A stretch of 46,782 nt of DNA from an uncultured Bifidobacteriaceae bacterium (GTDB taxonomy: Bacteria > Verrucomicrobiota > Verrucomicrobiia > Limisphaerales > SIBH01), in NCBI GenBank assembly GCA_964420805.1, contig CAYQWK010000004.1, positions 1 through 46,782 of the forward strand, in the 5' to 3' direction. Positions within the stretch are counted from its first letter, which is position 1, and every line of letters begins with the position of its first letter. This document shows positions 32,592 to 42,400 of this stretch, piece by piece. The translations under genes and the position numbers were made by a program. Under the pieces are notes generated by a model that saw only the letters and a list, made by a program, of their open reading frames with translations, was not told the DNA's origin and made no database searches.

Positions 32592-35500
32592 ATGTCGAAC
32601 GACTCTTGCTCATCGTGCGGCGCGGCCATCGAGGCCGGCGCGGAATGCCTGGCCTGCGCCCTTGAAAACGCCTTGCTGGCGCCTGGTTCCGTCGGGCTGG
32701 AATCCGGGTCGAAGGGCGGTTTCAACGACTTTGCCGCGCCGGATTTGCCGGCCAAGTTCGGCGAGTACATCATCCGCCGCGAGGTCGCGGGCGGCGGCAT
32801 GGGCGTGGTTTACGAGGCCGAGCAGACGCGCCTCAAACGCACCGTGGCGCTGAAGATGATCCGCTCCATCTTCCTCAGCCGCGCCGAAGACGTGACGCGT
32901 TTTCGCACCGAGGCCGAGGCGGTCGCGCGCCTTGATCACGCCAACATCGTACCCATCTACGAGGTAGGCGAGGCGGGCGGACAACCCTACTTCACCATGA
33001 AGCTGATGGAGGGCGGGAATCTCGCCGCGCGCCTCAAGAGCGGACCGCTTCCCGCCCGTGCCACCGCGGTCATCATCGCGAAGATTGCCCGCGCGGTTCA
33101 GCACGCGCACGAGCGCGGCGTGCTCCATCGCGACATCAAGCCGGGCAATATTCTCTTCGACACCGCGGGCGAGCCGTTCCTTACCGACTTCGGCCTGGCC
33201 AAGCTCACCAACGTGGACAGTTCCGTCACCCTCTCGCAGTCCATGCTCGGCACGCCGCAATACATGTCGCCTGAGCAGGCCGCAGGCAGGGTGCGCGAAC
33301 TCACCACCGCCAGCGATGTGTGGGCGCTCGGTGTGGTGCTTTACCAATGCCTGACTGGGCGCCTTCCGTTCGCCGGTGCCAACAGCCCCGAGATCATCCG
33401 CCGCGTCATTGACGAGGAGCCGGACGCCATGCGCGATGAGTCCTCGACGCGCTCCCGTGCCTTCGACCGTGACCTCGAAACCATCTGCCTGCGTTGCCTG
33501 GAAAAAAATGTCGCCCGCCGCGTTTCCAGCGCCGCGGAACTGGCCGGTGAACTGGAGCGATGGCAGCGCGGCGAGCCCATCCATTCCCGCCGGGTTACCG
33601 CGGGCGAACGCGCCTGGAAATACGCCCGGCGCCATCCCGGCTTTGTCGCGGGCAGCGCCTTGTTGCTGTTCACGTTGCTGGCCGGCGGAATCACCAGCAC
33701 GGTCCTCTGGCGCCGTGCTGAGACCGCGCGCCACGCCGTTGTCGAGAAGGCCGCGACCGAGCGCCGCACGTCCTACGCCGCCACGCTCGCCAACGCGCTC
33801 TCCGCCCGCGAACACGGCGACCTCGGTTTCGCCCGCCGCCTGCTCGAAGGTGTCGAGCCGGCCCGGCGGGGTTTTGACTGGCGGCTCTTGCGTGGCCTTT
33901 GCGCGGGGGACGAGGAGCGGAGCTTCTCTTTCGGCAAGGAGGCTGCGCCGGAGTGCTTCGCCTGGCTGCCTGGGGGGACGAACCTCGCGGTCATCACCGC
34001 GGACGGACGGCTCCACCTGCGTTCCGCGTCTGGAGACGAGGTCGCGCCGCCCCGCCCGCTTCCGCCTCCGCCCGCCGGCCTCGACATGACGGGCGCGCGC
34101 CCGGCGCATCACGGTCTTTCGTTTTCACCCGACGCCCGTCGCTTCGTGGTCGCGTGGGGAAATCTCCTGCGCGTCTTCGACTGGAGAACTTTTGGCGTGC
34201 TGCATTCGGAAACGATCTTCATGCCAGATGCGGCATGGCTCGATGACGAGCGGGTGCTGCTTGGCGGCCACGCGGGTCTGAACCAGTCGCGTGGCACGCA
34301 GGGCGCATGGATGGTAAGGGTGCGTGACCGCTCGCGCACGCCGTTGCCGCCGGGACTGAGCGGCCCGCTCGCGGTTTCCGGCGACCGCCGTTTTGCGGCC
34401 CTGTCGCGAGTCGGCGGCAAGCCCGCCGTGGAGGTTTACGCGACGGAGGAACTGCTCACCGCGGCGCCGGCCGCGAGTTTCACGCTTGGCTACAGCGGCA
34501 GCGCCGTCCCCAGCCGCGTGCAACTCAGCGGGCACGGCACGGCGTTGCTCGTGGCTTCCGGTGAATGGCTCCGCCCCTCGCTCACCCTCGAAGTGTTCGA
34601 GCGAAACAGCGGCCGGCGGTTGTTCCTTCAAGATTTCAAGTTTCCGATTTCCGGTTTCACGGTTCACCCGGAGCAGTCGCTTGTCGCCGTCTCCGGCGAG
34701 GACGCGATGTTGCGCATCTACGATTACCAGCGTGACGAACGCCGTCGCGCCGCCGGACGGGACAAGCAGCGCGGTACCTACGACGACGGTGGCTTTTCCA
34801 CCATCCGCCAGCCGCTGGATGGCAATGGCGCGAGCGCGGCCCCCCGCGAATTGCTTACGCGCTCGGCCTTCGACGGCGCGGTGCGCTTCCTCATGGGCCA
34901 CGAGGACCGCACCACGGCGGTCACTTTCACGCCGGACGGGCAGGCGCTGTTCTCCGCGGGCGCGGACGGCACGTTGCGCCGGTGGCCGGTGGGAACGGCG
35001 CGGCCCGGCGCGCGTGTCGGCCCGGTTTATTCGCTCTACTTCGGCCTGCAAACCGCCGCATCGCCAGACGGCCACATGGTTCTCTACAACCACGGCGACC
35101 GGTTCGCGCGGGTTCATGACCTGGTGACGGACCGGTCGGCCAAATTGCCGGCGGGACACGGGCCGCTGGCGGTGTTGAACGACGGCCGGTTCGTCACGCA
35201 ACAGGGCGGCGACGGCCGCGTGCATTGCTGGAAATTCGACGGGACCAACACCGTCGCGCTGTGGACCGCCGACGGGCCGCATTCCACCGACTATAGTTGG
35301 ACGCGGCGCGGCGTGCTGCTGCGCGACGGGCGGACCGTGGTGGGAGCCACGGCGGGGTTTCTGTTCGTCGTGGATTTGGAAACGCATTCCGTGCGCACGG
35401 GCGGACCGTTTGCCTATCAGACAGGACTGCACGGCGTGACGGCGCACGATGTTTCCGCGGATGGCAAATGGATCGCGGCTTCGGGTTTCGGCCAGCGCGC

Positions 35501-35948
35501 GACCATCCATTCCGTCGCCGAACCGGGCCGGATTGCTGTCACCTTGGGTGATACGTACGGAAGCCGGGACTTCGACACCGCGGTGGCGTTTCACCCTGTG
35601 CTGCCGCTGGTTTTCGTGGGCAACGAGGACGGGCATGTGCGGGTATGGGAACGCCACGGCGACATCTGGCGGCCGCGTCCCGACCTCGGCTGGCTGGCGC
35701 ATCGCGGCGCCGTGACCGCGCTGGCTCTGGCCAGCGACGGCACGCTTATCGCCACGAGCGGCGACGACACCATGAAACTGTTGCCGGCGCTGCCGGAGCC
35801 TGGCGTGCCGGGCCGGCGCGAGCGCGTGGCGTTTCCGCTGTATCATCCGGCCAATTGGATTCAGTTCGCGCGCGACGCGAGCGGTCGGGACACGGCGCTG
35901 CTGCACTGCTCGCCGTGGAGATCGGTCGAGTTGTGGCCAGCGCGGTGA
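32592..35948 (+). CDS. Transmembrane Ser/Thr protein kinase with a large extracytoplasmic WD40/beta-propeller region
   Basis: It has an N-terminal CxxC...CxxC and Hanks kinase motifs (VALKMI, HRDIKPGNIL, DFGLAK, GTPQYMSPE). One TM helix is present (FVAGSALLLFTLLAGGITSTVLW). About 730 aa with WD40-like units follow (GHEDRTTAVTFTPDGQALFSAGADGTLRRW; HRGAVTALALASDGTLIATSGDDTMKL). Confidence 0.9.
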   Translation: MSNDSCSSCGAAIEAGAECLACALENALLAPGSVGLESGSKGGFNDFAAPDLPAKFGEYIIRREVAGGGMGVVYEAEQTRLKRTVALKMIRSIFLSRAEDVTRFRTEAEAVARLDHANIVPIYEVGEAGGQPYFTMKLMEGGNLAARLKSGPLPARATAVIIAKIARAVQHAHERGVLHRDIKPGNILFDTAGEPFLTDFGLAKLTNVDSSVTLSQSMLGTPQYMSPEQAAGRVRELTTASDVWALGVVLYQCLTGRLPFAGANSPEIIRRVIDEEPDAMRDESSTRSRAFDRDLETICLRCLEKNVARRVSSAAELAGELERWQRGEPIHSRRVTAGERAWKYARRHPGFVAGSALLLFTLLAGGITSTVLWRRAETARHAVVEKAATERRTSYAATLANALSAREHGDLGFARRLLEGVEPARRGFDWRLLRGLCAGDEERSFSFGKEAAPECFAWLPGGTNLAVITADGRLHLRSASGDEVAPPRPLPPPPAGLDMTGARPAHHGLSFSPDARRFVVAWGNLLRVFDWRTFGVLHSETIFMPDAAWLDDERVLLGGHAGLNQSRGTQGAWMVRVRDRSRTPLPPGLSGPLAVSGDRRFAALSRVGGKPAVEVYATEELLTAAPAASFTLGYSGSAVPSRVQLSGHGTALLVASGEWLRPSLTLEVFERNSGRRLFLQDFKFPISGFTVHPEQSLVAVSGEDAMLRIYDYQRDERRRAAGRDKQRGTYDDGGFSTIRQPLDGNGASAAPRELLTRSAFDGAVRFLMGHEDRTTAVTFTPDGQALFSAGADGTLRRWPVGTARPGARVGPVYSLYFGLQTAASPDGHMVLYNHGDRFARVHDLVTDRSAKLPAGHGPLAVLNDGRFVTQQGGDGRVHCWKFDGTNTVALWTADGPHSTDYSWTRRGVLLRDGRTVVGATAGFLFVVDLETHSVRTGGPFAYQTGLHGVTAHDVSADGKWIAASGFGQRATIHSVAEPGRIAVTLGDTYGSRDFDTAVAFHPVLPLVFVGNEDGHVRVWERHGDIWRPRPDLGWLAHRGAVTALALASDGTLIATSGDDTMKLLPALPEPGVPGRRERVAFPLYHPANWIQFARDASGRDTALLHCSPWRSVELWPAR

Positions 35949-36024
35949 GCGCTTCAATGGCCCGCAAGATGCCGCCGGACAAATTCTCCCGGCAGGATGG
36001 GGCGTGGCTTGCCGCCTGAGTTGA

Positions 36025-36183
36025 TCAAGGCGTCGAGGTGGTGATCGGATGTGATGATCCACTCCACTCCGCTCCGACCGCGATGGCACAGGCCGCGAAA
36101 GCGTCGTCATCAGGATCACCCGCGATGGTGTGGAAGCGGTATTCGGGGCCGATGTGATGGATGAAGCCGTGCAACTTTTCAAC
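36025..36183 (-). pseudogene. Degenerate C-terminal remnant of a PIN_3-type (VapC-like) toxin domain
   Basis: The minus-strand frame reads ...FHTIAGDPDDDAFAACAIAVGAEWSGSSHPITT*. It resembles the conserved end of PIN_3 proteins (..rDPDDD.FL.cA.agGAdyiVSGD.HLL). It has a short deletion and a D-to-S change where the last acidic residue is expected. No N-terminal PIN half is found in any frame upstream. Confidence 0.35.
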
Positions 36184-36208
36184 TGATCTGAACCCGAATT
36201 CCGCAGTT

Positions 36209-36353
36209 GAACCGCGAATGCACGCGAATGAAACAACGGTCGGGTAGCGGCAACTTGACGGCATGGTTTGCTCAAGGGCAACCGCTGCTCCTTTCTTCGA
36301 GAACTGCGCGCAGGGCTCCATCGTTCGCGTCCATTTGCGTTCATTCGCGGTTT
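36209..36353. repeat. Imperfect inverted repeat (~23-nt arms, ~95-nt spacer) in the intergenic region upstream of the giant gene
   Basis: The left arm is gaaccgcgaatgcacgcgaatga (36209..36231). The reverse complement of the right arm (36331..36353) is aaaccgcgaatgaacgcaaatgg. Agreement is about 19-20 of 23 positions. Confidence 0.6.
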
Positions 36354-36451
36354 TTGATTTCGGAAGTCGGGCTAAATTCTCCAGTAACCTCCCGCTGTCC
36401 TTCCCGTTTATCTCGCCCTGTATGACCAAAGTGTCGCCACTGTTTTTCGCC

Positions 36452-39400
36452 ATGAAAACCCTTCCCGCCGGGATCGCGCTGGCCGGCCTGCTGTTTACCG
36501 GCGGCCCGGTTCAGGCGGACCCCATTCCCCCGACCACCATCGGCTTCCACACGGCCTCGGGTTCGGTGGGCAGCTATTACAACGGCGGCACGGATGCGGC
36601 GGGAAACAGCGGCCCGAACGTGGGCATCGTGGCCAACACCGCCAACGCCGCCGGCGGCGGTGTGCTCAATGGCGGCAGCAATCCCACCTTCAGCGTGCCC
36701 AGTGGTTTCACCGGTGGATTCTCGGTGGAGGCGATCAACGTGGCCGTGGGCTTTGCCATCAATGTCTATGACGGTGAGAACGGCACCGGCACACTCATCG
36801 CCCAGCAGGGATTCTCTCTGAACGGCAACACGACCGCCTCGGTGACTTTCGCCGGCACTGCCAAGTCGGTTGTGTTGGCCAAGTGGAGCGGCTCGCCCAA
36901 TTACGACAACCTCACCTTCGGCAGCGCCACCCTTGGCACCCCGGTCGCCGAACCGCCGGGCGTGACGACCAGCGCCGCCACCGGCGTGACTGCCACCACC
37001 GCGACCCTCAACGCCACGGTGAATCCGGGCGGTGCGACCACCACGGCACAGTTCGAATACGGCACCAACATCAGCTATGGCAGCACCGCCAGCGTCACGC
37101 TTTCTCCCGCCAACGGCACCAACTACCAGTCCGTGAGCGCCAACCTCACCGGCCTGCTGCCCGGCACGACCTACAATTTTCGGATCACCGGGACCAACAG
37201 TGCGGGCAGCCGCAACGGCGGTAACCTCACCTTCACCACGGCGGTGGCGGGCACGGCATTGCACTTCGATGGCATAAACGATTCCGTGGACATCGCTCAT
37301 ACGCCGGGCCAGATCAGCTACCCTTTCACGGTGGAAGCGTGGGTGAAGACGACGGACGCCGATGGCATAGTCGTCTCCAAGTATGTGGGCAGTTCGGGCA
37401 ACGGCTGGCAGATGGGCATGAGCGGAGGAAAGCTGGCGGCGTGGTTCTTCCGGCCCGGCGGCACCATTTTCCCGAGCGGCGCGGGGATCGTGGGGGCCAC
37501 GACCATCAACAATGGTGCCTGGCACCATGTGGCCTTCGTGGTGGATTCGACCGGCGGCCGTCTCTTCGTGGATGGCGTCTCCGACGGTTTCTCGGGCTGG
37601 ACCACGGGCACGCCGGGACCGGCCACCACCACGGCACCCCTGCGCCTGGGCAACGAGACGACGGGATTCCTGTATCCCTTCGCCGGCACGTTGGATGAAG
37701 TGCGGATCTGGTCCGTGGCCCGCACGGCGGCCGAACTTCAGGCGAACAAGAACGCCGAACTGGCCGTGATGCCGCCGTGCCTGGTGGGCTACTACAAATT
37801 CAACCAGGGCACGGCCGACGGGAACAACGCCGGCGTGACCACCCTCGCGGACACCACCGGTGGCGCGAGCGGCACCCTGAACAACTTCGCCCTCACGGGC
37901 ACCACCGGGAACTGGACCACGGGCAGCGGCATCACCGAAGTGGCTTCCGTGCAGGATCCCGCCGCGCCGGAAATCAACCTCACGGGCAACGCCGCCAGCA
38001 TCGTCCTCGGCGACAGCACGCCCGACCCGGCGGACCACACGGACTTTGGCAGCGCGCTCGTCACCGGCGGCACGGTGGTGCGGACCTTCACGGTTCAGAA
38101 CACCGGTCCCGGCGCGAGCGCGTTGAATGTTTCCAGCGTCGCTGTCAGCGGCACACACGCGGCGGATTTCACCGTCGGCACCCTGACGCCGGCCAGCCCG
38201 GTGGCTGGGGGAACATCCGCGACCTTCACGGTCACGTTCGATCCCAGCGCCGCCGGAGTTCGCAGCGCGACGATCACCGTGAATAACGACGACTGCAACG
38301 AAGCCGCCTACACTTTCGCCGTCCAGGGCACGGGCTTGAACACCGCTCCCACCGTCGCCACGGACGCCGGCTCGAAGCTCTTCATCGCCCGCTACATCAC
38401 CGGCAATTTCATCGCCCGGGCGAATGTGGATGGTTCCGCGTTGAACACCACCCACTTCCCGCTGCCGAACAATGCCATCGGCGTCACGGTGGACGCGGTG
38501 AACGGCAAGCTCTACTGGTCGTCCTTCACGGGCGGCTCCCGCATCGGCCGGATGAACCTCGACGGGTCGGGATCTGAGCCCGATTGGCTCGTCGGTGTGC
38601 ATGCCATCGGGATGGCGGTGGATACGGCGAACGGCTGGCTCTACCTGGCGGGTGGAGCGATCAAACGGGTGCGCCTGGACGGCACCGGACTGACCACGCT
38701 GATTTCCGGCCTCGACATACCCGGCTTCACTTCGTGCAGCGGTGTCGCGCTCGATGTGCCGAACAACAAGCTCTACTACGCCTTCAACACCGCCATCGGC
38801 CGCGCCGACCTTGATGGAAGCAACCATACTCCGACCTACGTCACCACGGGTGGCGGCGCGCCCCCCGACGATGTGGCCATAGACCGCACCAACGGCAAAC
38901 TTTACTGGACCATCAGCGGTGCGAACAAGATTGGCCGGGCCAATGTGGATGGGACGGGCATTCAGAGCGCTTTCCTCACTGTTACAGCGCCGAGGAGCCT
39001 CATCGTCGATCCGCAAGCGAGCAAAGTCTTCTGGGCGGATGGCAGCGGCGTCGGTCGGGCCAATCTCGATGGCACGGGCGTGAACACCTCTTTCCTGGCC
39101 GGCGTTAGCGGCTCGTGGGGCATTGCCTTGGGCGACGTGGACACCGAAGGCACTCAAGCCACGCGCACCGGCACCTACAGCGATGCGGACGGCAACACCG
39201 TCACCTTCTCTGCCAGCGTCGGGTCAGTCACCAAGACCGGCACGAGCAGCGGCACCTGGACGTGGACCTACACCCCGCCCGACGGCCCGGCCACGCACAA
39301 CGTGACCATCACCGCCAACGACGGCCTCGCCAACAGCACGACCAGCTTCACGCTGAACGTGAACAACGTCGCGCCGACCGCGACCTTCTCGCGCAGCGCC

Positions 39401-42400
39401 GCGACGGCGAATGAGAACACTGTGTCGCCGCCGAACGTCAGCTTCACCGTCCAGACCGATCCCGGCACGACCGACGTGAGCACGGGCCTGAAATACAGCT
39501 ACGACTTCAACAACGACGGCGTGTGGGACGACGGCGACGGGACGTATGCCGGCAGCCTGACGGCGGCGACGAAGACTATTCCCGCAAGCTACTTCGCCTC
39601 GCCCGCGCCTTCGCCGCTCGTGGTGAAGGGCCGCATCCTCGACAAGGACGGCGGCCTCACCGACTACACCGTGAGCATCACGATCAACCACGCACCCACG
39701 GCCATCAACGGACCGCTGACCATTGTGGAGGATTTCGACTACGGCGCTTCAGGGGGGACGCTGAGTGGCAACGGTGGTGCCGGTTTCTCCTCCGCTTGGA
39801 GTGGTGGCAATTATTCACCGGCCGGCCTGACCTTCAGCAGCCTGACCTCGCCCGGTGGCGCCTGGGTTGGCGGCAGCGGCAGCCGCAACTTCGCCGCGAG
39901 TTTGGCGGCGGCGGGACCGATCAGCGGCGACTTCCTCTTTAGCATGAACTCCGCGCCTCCGGGCCGGGTGCAGATGTTTGGCCTTGGCGGTTTCAACAAC
40001 CAGGGCTTCACCATCGCGCTCGCTCCCGCGAACGATTCAACTCCCACCGGCGGCATTCCCATCGTCGGACTGAACAGCGGCGGCTACGCCAACATCACGG
40101 CGGGGGCGGTCGCCTTGAACACGACCTACATGTACCGCTTCTCGTATGCCGGATCATCCATCACGGCGTGGATTCTGACCGCCGCCCAATACGACAACTT
40201 CGCCCCCGACGGCCTGACCGACGCGGAGTTGAACGCCGCCTCCATCGGCGGCGCGCCCACGCAGGTCACCGGCCGCGTGACCAAAACGGGCAATGTCACC
40301 GGCAACATGGCCAACCTCTTCACCTACACCTTCGGGGGCGACGGGGTGACGATGGATCGCCTGCGCATGACCGGCATGCCAGTGGGCGCGTCCTTGGTCG
40401 TGGCCGAGAACGCGGCCATCAACACCAGCGCCGGCACGCTCACCGCCTCCGATGCGGATTCCGGAAACACCTTCACCTTCGCGCTTGTCAGCGGCGCGGG
40501 CGACACGGACAACGCCAGCTTCACGATCAGCGGCAACACGGTGCGCAGCGCCGCCGTCTTCGACTACGAGACGAAGAGCAGCTACAGCATCCGCGTGCGC
40601 GTCACCGACCAGGGCGGCCTGAGCTACGAGACGCCGTTGGCCGTGACCATCGCCAACGTGAACGAGGCGGTGACGGATCTCGTGTTAAGCCCGGCCAGCA
40701 TTGCCGAGAACAACGCGACAAACGCCACCGTCGGCACGCTCACGGCCACGGATGGAGACACCGGCGACACGCACACCTTCACCCTCGTCGGCGGTGTGGG
40801 CAGCGCGGACAACGGCAGCTTCACCATTGCCGGCAGCGCGTTGCGGTTGACGCCCAGCGCGGACTTTGAAACGAAAAACAGCTACGCGTTGCGCATCCGC
40901 GCCACCGATGTCGGCGGGCTGTTCTTCGAGAAGGCACTGACGGTGACGATCACCGATGTCGGCGAAGACACCCCGCCTGTGGTCACACGCGACAACGCCA
41001 CCGTGACCACGGGCGAAGGTTTGAGCGCGTTGAACTCCGGCACCTACTCCGACGCCAACGGCAACGCCACTGTCACGCTTACTGCCTCCATCGGCACCCT
41101 TACCACGAACATCGGCGCAGGCACCTGGTCCTGGATTTACACGCCCGCCGACGGCCCGGACGCGGGCACGAATGTCATCATCACTGCGAACGACGGTGTG
41201 AACGGCGCCGTGACCACGAGCTTCACCCTCATCGTGACCAACCGCGCGCCGAAGCTGAACCAATGCACTCCGCCTTCGTTCACCCTCGTGACCACGACCA
41301 TCCCCGGTTGGGCGGCAGCTCCGGGGGACCTCGACGGCGACGGCGATCAGGACATTGTGATGGGCTATCCCGGCGGCGGCATTTCGCCGGTGCCCTTCCG
41401 CAACAACGGCAACGCCACCTTCACCCAGATGCCCACGCTTCCCGGCGCCGCCCGCGTGGTGCTCACCCCCCTGCTGGCCGACTACAATGGCGACGGTCTG
41501 CTCGACGTGGCGGTGGATCAAGGCAGCAGCTACCGCGTCTTTTTCGGCAACGGCGCATTCGGCACGTTCAGCAATGTTGTGGTCGGCAGCGGTGGCGCGG
41601 AAGCCAGTGGCTCGGTGGCGGACCTGAACGCCGACGGCCGGCCGGACTTCGTCGTGGGCATCAATCGCGGCAACAGCGACAACAACGGCCAGGTGAGCGT
41701 GCGTTTGAACAACGGCTCCGGAAGCTTCCCCACGATCACGCAGTATTTCGTCGGCCCCGGAGAAATTTTCGTCACCACGGCGGACTTCAACAACGACGGC
41801 AAGCCCGACATCGCGGCGGCGGATTCCGAGACGAACACCGTGACCATCCTGCTCAACAACGGCTCCGGTGGCTTCACCTTCGCGCCCGGCGGCCCCATTG
41901 CCGTGGGCACGACACCGAAGCAGTTGACCGCCGGCGATTTTAACAACGACGGGTTTCGAGACCTGGCCGTGCCGAACAGCGGCGCGGGCACCGTGACCAT
42001 CCTGCTTGGCAACGGCTCCGGCGGCTTCACGTCCGCAGGCACGTTCACGGCGGGCGCGGGCGCGAAGTTCGTCCTCGCGGCGGATTTCAACAACGACGGC
42101 GTGCTGGACCTGGGCGTCGCGCTCACGTCCGGCGTCGCGCTGCTGGCCGGCAACGGCGGCGGCAGCTTCGGCGCACCGACGGTTTACGGGACGGGCTTCA
42201 GCCCCATCAACATCACCCTCGCCGACATGAACGCCGACGGCGGTCAGGACATCCTGGTCGGCTTCAGCGACACCGTGCGTTACCTTCAGGCCAACGTCGC
42301 GCCGACCACCGTGTCCGTGAACGAAGGTTCGACCGCGACGAACAACGGCAGCTTCTGCGATCCCGGCGTGGACACGGTGACGGTTTCCACCAGCCTCGGC

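Noticed and set aside
36249-36263. GG-N10-GC match (cGGCAActtgacgGCAt) upstream of the giant gene, and an overlapping GGCATGGTTTGCT.
   Set aside because: In the first match only GGCA and GCA agree with the consensus, and several such matches are expected by chance in this window. The second has GG-to-GC spacing that is 2 nt too short.
39500-42105. Recurrent DNA words inside the giant gene that could look like a repeat array. For example, ttcaacaacgacggcgtg occurs at about 39505 and again at about 42085, and gacttcaacaacgacggc-like segments recur.
   Set aside because: They encode the D-F-N-N-D-G calcium-loop motif of the PKD and FG-GAP modules. They are in-frame, irregularly spaced and have no spacer structure. 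This is not a CRISPR array or a non-coding repeat.
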